Both the position numbers and the translations under genes were made by a program. The notes beneath the pieces were generated by a model. The model ran no database searches, was not told the origin of the DNA, and worked only from the letters and a program-made list of their open reading frames with translations. Shown piece after piece: positions 8,704-16,683 of a stretch of 20,000 nucleotides of DNA. The DNA lies in sequence record SRR20825019_2588; one strand, written 5' to 3'. Each line of letters begins with the position of its first letter. Position 1 is the first letter of the stretch.

Positions 8704-8723
8704 TAGTACTGAGATTAGTACTG
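8704..8723 (+). repeat. TAGTACTG direct repeat with 12-bp period (candidate integrase arm-type sites or operator)
   Basis: TAGTACTG at 8704-8711 and at 8716-8723, about 90 bp from the tRNA remnant. Confidence 0.5.
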
Positions 8724-8887
8724 TGCTATTCATACTGGCTCCTTCGAGCTTGATCAATGTCCATAGTTTAGTCAACGTTTAAGAATGAGCTTATATAAAC
8801 TTTCTTATTTTATATGGTGATATGCATATATTGTTAAGTTAATATATATGTTTTGACTATACAAGTGCTCACCAACGGGATTAAATA

Positions 8888-9427
8888 ATGATGACATTGT
8901 ATCTGGATCCAGAGGGACCGCTGATTACAGACATTGTGAGCCGACATCACAAAAAGTTAGTCATGATAGCTGCGAGAATTGTTGGGCATATTTATGCGGA
9001 AGAGGTAGTCCAAGATACTTGGCTTACCCTACTTCACGGATCAACACTGACTAAAGAGATTCATTCAATAGAAGCATGGCTATATAAAGTCGTCGTCAAT
9101 AAATCGATTAACAGGAAAAAAAGAGAGCAAAGAGCAGAGTCGTTGAATCATAACATTTTATACCCGGACAGAGCTCAGAGCAGTGATTCTGAAATTGCTG
9201 ACTTTGAGACAATGCCAGAAAACATTCTCTCATTGCTCCAGACCATTCAAAGCCTAGAGCAGGCATGGTTATCGCTCCCTGAAACCCAGAAGAAAGCAGC
9301 AGAAATGAGCTTCAGTAGAAATCTGAGTAACGAACAAATTGCATTGAACTTGGGTATCAGTCAATCAAATAGCAAAGTATCTATTCATAGGGCTAAGTCT
9401 AAACTGATAAACGCAGTAGCTAACTGA
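8888..9427 (+). CDS. ECF-type RNA polymerase sigma-70 factor
   Basis: Region 2 (AEEVVQDTW...IEAWLYKVVVNKSIN) and region 4 (LPETQK...SNEQIALNLGISQSNSKVSIHRAKSKL); 179 aa. Confidence 0.9.
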   Translation: MMTLYLDPEGPLITDIVSRHHKKLVMIAARIVGHIYAEEVVQDTWLTLLHGSTLTKEIHSIEAWLYKVVVNKSINRKKREQRAESLNHNILYPDRAQSSDSEIADFETMPENILSLLQTIQSLEQAWLSLPETQKKAAEMSFSRNLSNEQIALNLGISQSNSKVSIHRAKSKLINAVAN

Positions 9428-9449
9428 TTCCTTACTAAGTTTTCGTCAG

Positions 9450-11186
9450 TTAATGATTTGCTTTGGCAAAAGTTTCTACAGCATCTTTGGTCTGAAAAAA
9501 TACACGACCAGGTAGAAGCTCTTTGAAAAAATCTATTTTATCCAGCTTATCAAGGACTGGACCTTTGACTTCTGCCAGATTGAGTGAAATTCCTTTCCCT
9601 CTGAGGTCGTTGATCAACTGTTTCAAATAATTAATAGCGGTTGTATCAATGTAGCTTACGGATGAAAAAATAAGAACCACATGTTTTGCAGTGCTACGAC
9701 GTGACTCCCTTTCAATAAATTCTGAAATGTAATTTATATTTGCAAAGGTGATATTTTCATCGATTCTAATGAACAGTAGATCTTTCCATGTTTCGACACG
9801 ATGTCTTTTCACATTGCGAAAATGGTCGGTGTTTTTGATCCTGCCAACAACGGCAATATGCGGTCGACCAGCTCTTCTTAAGTAACAAAATATTGTTACT
9901 ACAACACCAAGTATGATGCCTTCTTCAATGCCTAATACCAAAACGCCAACGAGCGTGAGAATCTGACTGGCACCATCTGCTTTATCCTCTCTCCACACTG
10001 AGACTAATTTTCTGAATTCAATAAGTGGTAAGACTGCCAGGATGATAATGGCAGCTAAAATAGCTTTTGGAATGACTTCCAGAGTCTCACTGATGGTAAC
10101 CACAACAAAGGCAATGATGACCACAGCGATAAGCATGGCAACTTGACTTTGAGCGCCTGCAGAGTGGTTAACCATCGTGCGGCTAAATCCACCCGCAACA
10201 GGCATGCCTCCGGATATTGATGAGGCGATGTTGGCTGAACCAAGAGCGATAAGCTCCTGATTTGGCTTTATTTTTTCATTTCTTGTCGTGGCAATAACTT
10301 TTGCAATAGCGACACTTTCCACATAGGCGATAAGGCTGATAAAAAAAGCACTCGGAAACAGTGCATAAAGGTGTGATAGAGATACATTTAAAAAACTCAA
10401 ATCAATACTGGGTAATCCCTTTGGAATTGAACCCACTACGGCGACGTTATACTTACTGTCCAATGCGAAAATACTGACTAAGATTATCCCAAGAATTACT
10501 GAAATTAAGGGGGCTGATTTACTGATTCCAGTCCTGATTGATTTATTTATGCCTCTTTTCAACAGTAGATTGACTAGCGGTTTTCCCATAACAGCGACAG
10601 TGACAATGGCCAAGAGTCCAAGCCACATTTCATAACTATTGAAGCTTGCATATGAATGTTGAAGACAGGAAAAAGCATCGTCACAGGTGCCGACATGTAT
10701 GCCTAAGATACTTGGCAGTTGACTCCAGACAATAATGATAGCCGCACCTGAAGTAAAGCCAGAAAGCACAGGCTGACTGATATAGTGGACCAAGCTTCCC
10801 ATCTTGAAGGCAGACATGACACAGAGAATCAGTCCTCCTTCAAACGCGAGTAACATGGCGTTTTGTACTGGAGAGCCGAGTGCCATTATTTCAGGTGAAG
10901 ATAAAGCACTTGCAACCATAATAGCGGCTATTGAAACCGGCCCGACCGAGAGTATTCTGCTCGTTCCGAATAATGCATACATCACTGCGGGTAGAAGACT
11001 TGTATAGATCCCCACTTCTACCGGTAATCCTGCAAGTAATGCGTATGCCATTCCTTGAGGTATCAAAAGAATGGCAGTGATTATGCCTGCAAAAATATCA
11101 CTATTAAAAAGCTGCCAGTTATAAGAACTCAATGATTCTCTAAGGGGGACACTGGTCATCAATTTAATAAAAGAATTTTTTAACAT
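9450..11186 (-). CDS. sulP: SulP/SLC26 family anion transporter with C-terminal STAS domain
   Basis: DIFAGIITAILLIPQGMAYALLAGLP, GGFSRT, NQELIALG and STAS motifs (IRIDENITFAN, VSYIDTT). Confidence 0.93.
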   Translation of the reverse strand: MLKNSFIKLMTSVPLRESLSSYNWQLFNSDIFAGIITAILLIPQGMAYALLAGLPVEVGIYTSLLPAVMYALFGTSRILSVGPVSIAAIMVASALSSPEIMALGSPVQNAMLLAFEGGLILCVMSAFKMGSLVHYISQPVLSGFTSGAAIIIVWSQLPSILGIHVGTCDDAFSCLQHSYASFNSYEMWLGLLAIVTVAVMGKPLVNLLLKRGINKSIRTGISKSAPLISVILGIILVSIFALDSKYNVAVVGSIPKGLPSIDLSFLNVSLSHLYALFPSAFFISLIAYVESVAIAKVIATTRNEKIKPNQELIALGSANIASSISGGMPVAGGFSRTMVNHSAGAQSQVAMLIAVVIIAFVVVTISETLEVIPKAILAAIIILAVLPLIEFRKLVSVWREDKADGASQILTLVGVLVLGIEEGIILGVVVTIFCYLRRAGRPHIAVVGRIKNTDHFRNVKRHRVETWKDLLFIRIDENITFANINYISEFIERESRRSTAKHVVLIFSSVSYIDTTAINYLKQLINDLRGKGISLNLAEVKGPVLDKLDKIDFFKELLPGRVFFQTKDAVETFAKANH

Positions 11187-11253
11187 AGACTCATGTCTGA
11201 AATAGGGTTGTGAGGTTTACACAAAGGTCAGACCTGGGTTGAGAGTCCAAATC

Positions 11254-11272
11254 ATAACCAGAATATGGTTAT
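11254..11272. promoter_or_regulatory. Inverted repeat upstream of sulP (candidate regulator binding site)
   Basis: ATAACCA-GAATA-TGGTTAT, a perfect 7-5-7 inverted repeat in the very AT-rich 129-nt sqr-sulP gap. Confidence 0.45.
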
Positions 11273-11315
11273 ATTTTAATATACAAAATAAGTATATGTA
11301 TATATTTATATCAGA

Positions 11316-12569
11316 TTATGAGTCCAGGAATTTTTCAGCATAACTTGCTTTACTGGGTAGATCTATGCGACGTGCCTTGAGCATGATTTTCCAGTAAAGG
11401 AAAGGTAGCCCATAACGTTTAAACAGCATCCAAACGCGTCTATTTTTTCTGGGGTCCAGATAAGGAAAGGAGGGGGTGACCTCACCGCCATAGGAGAACT
11501 CTGCCATCATGACTGTGGAGCGGGAAGTCGTAAGCGGGCATGAACCATAACCTTTATAACTGGCTACAATATCGCGAGTGTTTATCAAATGCAGAAGATT
11601 ATTGACTAAAATCGGCACCTGTTTTCTGACAGCGGCAGCAGTCTTGGCGTTGGCTGTACCAATGACATCTCCAATGCCAAAGATATTGGGATAGACCTTA
11701 TGTTGTAATGTCCCTTGGTCAACACTCAACCAACCCGCATCGTCACTTAATGGACTCGTTTTGATGAAATTGGGTGCGCTCTGAGGGGGCGTCACATGAA
11801 TCATATCGAAATGTTTGGTCATGGTTGAGGATTCACCTTTCTCATCTTTCTTTTCGAAGACGGCTGTTTTTGAAGCCCCATTTATTTCAATTAAATTCCA
11901 GCCATAGTTGGTCTGAATTCCATACTTATCAATAACTTTTTCGAGCTCTTTAGCAAAAAAAGGCACGCCAAAAATAGCTGGGCCCGCATTGAAGAATTCA
12001 ATATCGATCTTCGACAAGATGCCTTTTTCCCGAAAATAATCAGCCGCTAAATACATGGCTTTCTGTGGAGCACCGGCACACTTGATTGGCATAGGTGGCT
12101 GTGTAAAAAGCGCTCTTGATCCAGCGGGTAGTTTTTTAGTTGTTTCCCAAGTGTATTCAACATGTTCGGGAGAATAGTTACAACAAACACCGTTTTTACC
12201 GAGTGTCTCAGAAAGGCCTTTAATTTTGTTTATATCAAGTTGTAAGCCGGGGCAAACAACCAGGTAGTCATAAGAGAGCTCACAGCCAGTATTGAGATAA
12301 ACCATATTGTCTTCTGGGTGAAACTCAACGGCATAATGTTTGAACCAGGTGACACTAGGAGGAATCAGCTTTTCTTCTTTTTTTTCTGTATTTTTAAACT
12401 TGAACAGCCCTGCGCCAACCAATGTAAATGCGGGTTGGTAATAATGTTTCGAAGAGGGTTCTATCAGGGCTACTGTTTGGCTGGGATCCATTTTCGCCAA
12501 GTCGTTCGCAACTGATATGCCTGCTGCACCCCCTCCGACGATAATCACGTTGTAATGACTATTTTTCAT
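11316..12569 (-). CDS. sqr: Sulfide:quinone oxidoreductase, type II (SqrB/SQOR-like)
   Basis: GGGAAG FAD-binding motif, HYYQPAFTLVG, catalytic Cys motifs PIKCAGAPQK and YGSCPL, AKTAAAVRKQ, AEFSY. Start set at ATG 12569 after the GGAGAG RBS. Confidence 0.92.
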   Translation of the reverse strand: MKNSHYNVIIVGGGAAGISVANDLAKMDPSQTVALIEPSSKHYYQPAFTLVGAGLFKFKNTEKKEEKLIPPSVTWFKHYAVEFHPEDNMVYLNTGCELSYDYLVVCPGLQLDINKIKGLSETLGKNGVCCNYSPEHVEYTWETTKKLPAGSRALFTQPPMPIKCAGAPQKAMYLAADYFREKGILSKIDIEFFNAGPAIFGVPFFAKELEKVIDKYGIQTNYGWNLIEINGASKTAVFEKKDEKGESSTMTKHFDMIHVTPPQSAPNFIKTSPLSDDAGWLSVDQGTLQHKVYPNIFGIGDVIGTANAKTAAAVRKQVPILVNNLLHLINTRDIVASYKGYGSCPLTTSRSTVMMAEFSYGGEVTPSFPYLDPRKNRRVWMLFKRYGLPFLYWKIMLKARRIDLPSKASYAEKFLDS

Positions 12570-12597
12570 TTTCTCTCTCCGGGCTTTGATTATCTTT

Positions 12598-12999
12598 TTA
12601 ATTTGATAGGGCTTTCCAGGCTTCATATCCACCTGCCATGGACATGATGTTGCTGAATCCCATATGTTGAAGGCTTGCTGCAGCTAATGCTGATCGACCA
12701 CCCGAGCGGCAATACAAAATAATCTTGGTGTCAGGGTTGTTTACTTCTTGCAGATCAGAAATTTTGAACTCCAGTACACCTCTGGGAATTAACTTTGCCC
12801 CCGTGATTGAACCTTGCTCAACCTCACTCTCTTCTCGAATATCAATCAAGACTACATCGTCGTTTTGAACCAATTCTTTGGTCTCCTCCGGACTGATTTC
12901 AGTAATTTGAGGTTTGACCTGCGCAACCAGTTGTGGGGCTGTCAAACGTTCTTTTGATTGTGATTCATTGTCTGTATTGTCGTTGTGAATGCTATTCAT
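12598..12999 (-). CDS. Single-domain rhodanese (sulfurtransferase)
   Basis: LIDIRE, YCRSGGRS active-site loop, MAGGYEAW. Start set at ATG 12999 after the GGAGAG RBS. Confidence 0.92.
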   Translation of the reverse strand: MNSIHNDNTDNESQSKERLTAPQLVAQVKPQITEISPEETKELVQNDDVVLIDIREESEVEQGSITGAKLIPRGVLEFKISDLQEVNNPDTKIILYCRSGGRSALAAASLQHMGFSNIMSMAGGYEAWKALSN

Positions 13000-13377
13000 T
13001 TCTCTCTCCAAGTCATACTTATATTGTTAATTTGACAGTGTTTTCCAGGCTTCATAGCCACCGGCCATGGACATCACATTCTTGAAACCCATATTCTGAA
13101 GGCTCGCTGCAGCCAGGGCTGAACGACCACCGGAACGGCAATACAAGATGAGCTTTGTATCGGGGTTATCTATTGCATCCAGATCTGAGATCTTGAATTC
13201 CAGCACGCCTCTGGGGATGAATTCAGCGCCTGAGATTGAACCCTGCTCGACTTCACTTTCTTCTCGAATATCAATTAAAACGACGTCCTGGTTCTGAATT
13301 AATTTACTTGTTTCTTCAGGGCTTATTTCAGTGATTTGGGGTTTGGTTTGCGCCACAATTTGAGGTGCAGTCAAACG
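12598..13377 (-). repeat. Tandem duplication of the rhodanese domain (13027-13377 and 12598-12948)
   Basis: Ungapped alignment from RLTAPQ to the stop codon gives 98/116 identical residues by hand count. Confidence 0.9.
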
Positions 13378-14115
13378 CTGTTGTGATTTCGCTACGTCTC
13401 TGGGTTCGGAAGACTGGAAGGTTTCTTCTTCATCTACACCACAGTATCGGTTGGCGGGAACCGCTATATCAATAAGCTTGGGTTTAGGTAAATTGAGATT
13501 ATCCATCAATTCAATGAACTCCTCTCTCGATTTACCAGCTAATCTCGGATTGATCCTTTTTTCCTGCCCGATACTGCTGACGCTGTGACCTTTATAGTCA
13601 TGTCCCGGAAAGACAAGTGTCTCGTCTGGCAGGCTAAATAAACGTTGTGTAATGCTGTCGTAAAGTGTTCCCGCATCGCCTCCCTGGAAATCTGTTCTTC
13701 CGCAGCCATTGATCAGTAAAGCATCACCAGTAAAAACTTTATCTCGCCAATGAAAGCTCATGCTTCCTTTGGTGTGACCTGGAGTCGCGATAGCGGTGAT
13801 TGTTTCCTTGTCTCCAAGATGGAATGCATCATGATCATGAATTTGTTTATCTGCATTTTTCGCTTCACAAGCGTGACCTACACCTGTTTGGCAACCCAGT
13901 TGCTGCCTGAGAATGCCACTGGCCGTTATATGATCTGCATGGACGTGTGTTTCCAGTGAATACTTAAGATTGAGTCCGTATTCGTCCAGAATCGTCTTAT
14001 AAATTTCAATCTGACTTTTAACTGGATCTATCAAAGCGGTCTCACGAGAGGAGGTGTCAGCAATCAGATAAGTGTAGGTGCTACTCTCATCGTCGAACAT
14101 TTGTTTGAAGAGCAT
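13027..14115 (-). CDS. pdo: Persulfide dioxygenase (ETHE1-like MBL fold) fused to a C-terminal rhodanese
   Basis: SSTYTYL, ETHVHADHIT, TPGHT, GCGRTDFQ, PGHDY and VPANRYCG motifs, followed by a rhodanese domain with CRSGGRS. Confidence 0.93.
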   Translation of the reverse strand: MLFKQMFDDESSTYTYLIADTSSRETALIDPVKSQIEIYKTILDEYGLNLKYSLETHVHADHITASGILRQQLGCQTGVGHACEAKNADKQIHDHDAFHLGDKETITAIATPGHTKGSMSFHWRDKVFTGDALLINGCGRTDFQGGDAGTLYDSITQRLFSLPDETLVFPGHDYKGHSVSSIGQEKRINPRLAGKSREEFIELMDNLNLPKPKLIDIAVPANRYCGVDEEETFQSSEPRDVAKSQQRLTAPQIVAQTKPQITEISPEETSKLIQNQDVVLIDIREESEVEQGSISGAEFIPRGVLEFKISDLDAIDNPDTKLILYCRSGGRSALAAASLQNMGFKNVMSMAGGYEAWKTLSN

Positions 14116-14139
14116 GGCGCTTTTCCTAATAGTCAGTGT

Positions 14140-14637
14140 TTAAAAATTGCCCGAGTTTGGCATCAGAGCATTCATTTCATCTACGTCCCATGATTTTGCC
14201 CCAATGGCCCTGTGAGTTATATTTCCCTCAGGATCAACCAGGTAGCTTATAGGGAGGGCTCTTACATCCCAGTTTTTCAGGCTGGTATCAGGATCGCTCA
14301 CGATGGGAAAGGTGATGCCAAACTTCTTCACGAACGCCGCAGCCTCTTCGGTGTAAGGTCCTGCATGAATACCAATGATTTCCAGATCCGTATTGATGTT
14401 TTCATACAGTTCCTGCATTTCTGGAAATTCCTTGATGCAGGGTGAGCACCAGTACGCCCAAAAGTTGACCAGGACGTACTTACCTTTGAAATCGCTCAGA
14501 CTTAAGTTTTCACCAGCCGGTGTATCAAGAGTAAAGTCATTGGCTGACCTGACCGGGGTTAGGGGTGACATCAAGTCATCCGCGTTTGCAGTAAAACATG
14601 ACGTAATCAATAGTGTTGAGAGAATAAATTTCAGCAT
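14140..14637 (-). CDS. Exported TlpA/ResA-family thiol-disulfide oxidoreductase
   Basis: Signal peptide, LVNFWAYWCSPCIKEFP (CxxC) and ALPISYLVDPEG (cis-Pro loop). The start overlaps the upstream stop (TAATG). Confidence 0.9.
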   Translation of the reverse strand: MLKFILSTLLITSCFTANADDLMSPLTPVRSANDFTLDTPAGENLSLSDFKGKYVLVNFWAYWCSPCIKEFPEMQELYENINTDLEIIGIHAGPYTEEAAAFVKKFGITFPIVSDPDTSLKNWDVRALPISYLVDPEGNITHRAIGAKSWDVDEMNALMPNSGNF

Positions 14638-16655
14638 TATTTTGTATCCTGTTGTTCTTTGGAATAGTCACCAATTGGCGTAGCAAACGAATCAGAAATG
14701 ATTTCAGCTACATTGTCACCATTTAGTGATTTCAAAAACTCGACCAGATCTTCTACTTCAATGGGAGATAGGTTAAGCGGATTGATAAGTTCAGACTGCG
14801 TTTCATTTTCGAAACCACCCTCGTTGTAAAAGTCGACAACTTCCTCCAGGCTGGCTAATGAACCGTCATGCATATAGGGCGCTGTCAGAGCTACATTACG
14901 CAGGGTAGGGGTGCGGTACTTCCACCTGTCATCAGGGTCTTGCGTAATTTCGTAGAGTCCTAAGTCTCCAAGTGGTTGGTGGCCCACAGAGTCAATGATT
15001 TCTTTTTTCACGTTGAGGTACCGACCGGGGGCAACCTGAACCCTGGTTTTTTCGGGTTCTTTCTTCATAGCGCGGTGCCAGCCTATCCCTGTGTTATGAA
15101 GGCTATTATCGGTAAAGAGTGAATGGTCACTGGCTACGGTGTGACAGTTGATGCACTGCGCTTTACCGGTAAATAGTTCGAAGCCACGAACAGCAGAATC
15201 GGACATGACCTCTTTTTCATTACCAAAATGCCAGCGATCAAATTTAGAGTTACCAGAAACAAGCGTTCTTTCATAGGATGCAATCGCAGCTGGGATCGTC
15301 TCTATACCAGCCTCTTTGCCATCGAATGCTTCTTCAAACAATCCCGCATAATCATTTAAAGCTTTGATTTTTTCGATGACAGAAGAGAAAGATGGATTTG
15401 CCATCTCATTGCTTGCAAGCATGGGTTGCCATACTTGAAGTTCTAAAGAGGTTTCACGGCCGTCATGAAAAACTTTCTCCAGATAGGCAGAGTTATAGAT
15501 AGTTGGTGCGTTTCTACGAACCGAACGTCCCTCAAATCCTACGGCAGTTTGGAGCTCATGATTAGTAAAGCCTTGTTCTGGTACATGACACATTGCACAT
15601 GACTGCGTGTTGTTGAGTGACAGCCTGCGGTCAAAAAAAAGCTTCTTACCTAATTGAACTTTGGCCTCACTGATAGGGTTATCTTCAGGGATCGGTACGG
15701 GGGGTAAACCCAGAGGCGGGTTCTCAACGAAACGAAGTAAATTAGTCTCTTTACCTTCGCGACTTTTCAGGCTTAGTGAGCTTGTAATATAGTCCTTGCT
15801 TTCGTAACCAGCTTTAGAGTCACCAGCACCAATTCTGATGTTCTGGGAATGATGGCTTTCTTTAGCACTTTTTTCATTGACACCATATTCCATCATGAGT
15901 GTTTTTAAGTCATTAATGATGATGTCTGGATGGAGAAAGTCCACGCTGTAGATATTACGTATTCTCAGATCGGGATCGATGAGAAATACACGCAATATAT
16001 GCGAGAAATTTCCCGTCATTCTGGTATCAGCGTCTGTTTTGGTAATGACAGACTGATTATAAGCGTCCAGGATTGGAGCCAACTCCTTTTCTGAGCGAGT
16101 GGTTAGATATTTCCAATCGACTGTTTTGGAATCTTTGTCATGATGCATGTTGTGATCACCATGATTCATATCATGGCCATCATGATTTGAATGATCCATG
16201 TGTTGATCATGTACACCGCTTTCCAGTTTTTTTAAAACTTCAGGCGTGTCGTAGTTCGGATCAAAACTCATACTAATCATTTGGAGGTTTTCAGCTAATA
16301 CGGGATCTTGTTTAGCAATATCTCTGATTCTGCTGAAAACAATATGTGATAACGGGCAGCCGTTTAAATCATCACATCGGGTGTACATAAAATTCAGCAG
16401 GGTATATTTCCCCCTCAAAATTTCATGATAGGAAACTGGCTCACTCTGAGTGTTGATTGCTTTGGCATTTTTGGCATAGCCCAATACGGGTAGCTTATAG
16501 CTACCCGCATCAGGTGCCTCAAAGTCTAATTCACCATATCCGGGGGCGGGCAATATTGTCTCCGGAATTGGAGGAGCATCAAATGAGAAGACATGACTCG
16601 ATAATAATAAGAAGCTGAAAGATACTATTAGCGAGGTCATATTTTGATGTTTCAT
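14637..16655 (-). CDS. SCO1/SenC copper chaperone - MauG-like diheme cytochrome c fusion (probable MTO maturation protein)
   Basis: Signal peptide. SCO domain (FMYTRCDDLNGCP, SFDPNYDTPEVL, H in FSHILRVFLIDP) with a His/Met-rich insert. Two CxxCH motifs (CAMCH 15585-15599, CINCH 15141-15155), RNAPT, TPTLRNVALTAPYMHDGS. Directly downstream of mtoX. Confidence 0.9.
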   Translation of the reverse strand: MKHQNMTSLIVSFSFLLLSSHVFSFDAPPIPETILPAPGYGELDFEAPDAGSYKLPVLGYAKNAKAINTQSEPVSYHEILRGKYTLLNFMYTRCDDLNGCPLSHIVFSRIRDIAKQDPVLAENLQMISMSFDPNYDTPEVLKKLESGVHDQHMDHSNHDGHDMNHGDHNMHHDKDSKTVDWKYLTTRSEKELAPILDAYNQSVITKTDADTRMTGNFSHILRVFLIDPDLRIRNIYSVDFLHPDIIINDLKTLMMEYGVNEKSAKESHHSQNIRIGAGDSKAGYESKDYITSSLSLKSREGKETNLLRFVENPPLGLPPVPIPEDNPISEAKVQLGKKLFFDRRLSLNNTQSCAMCHVPEQGFTNHELQTAVGFEGRSVRRNAPTIYNSAYLEKVFHDGRETSLELQVWQPMLASNEMANPSFSSVIEKIKALNDYAGLFEEAFDGKEAGIETIPAAIASYERTLVSGNSKFDRWHFGNEKEVMSDSAVRGFELFTGKAQCINCHTVASDHSLFTDNSLHNTGIGWHRAMKKEPEKTRVQVAPGRYLNVKKEIIDSVGHQPLGDLGLYEITQDPDDRWKYRTPTLRNVALTAPYMHDGSLASLEEVVDFYNEGGFENETQSELINPLNLSPIEVEDLVEFLKSLNGDNVAEIISDSFATPIGDYSKEQQDTK

Positions 16656-16683
16656 GATGAATTATCCTTTACCGTTTTAACTT

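Noticed and set aside
8750-8763. FNR box upstream of the ECF gene (TTGATCAATGTCCA)
   Set aside because: The second half-site has two mismatches to ATCAA, which is too weak in AT-rich DNA.
12570-12632. N-terminal extension of SQR overlapping the rhodanese gene
   Set aside because: A strong RBS precedes ATG 12569 and homology starts there, so the overlap is an ORF-caller artefact. The same reasoning applies to the longer starts given for rhodanese (13011), mtoX (18183), cysB (18677) and the glycine-zipper gene (8424).
14637-15720. Ordinary cytochrome c peroxidase (CcpA)
   Set aside because: Tyr at the heme-2 ligand position, fusion to SCO and position next to mtoX favour a MauG-like maturase.
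16138-16215. CATGAT-rich quasi-repeat as a DNA repeat or CRISPR-like array
   Set aside because: It is explained by His/Asp/Met codons of the SCO insert. I saw no repeat-spacer structure anywhere in the window.
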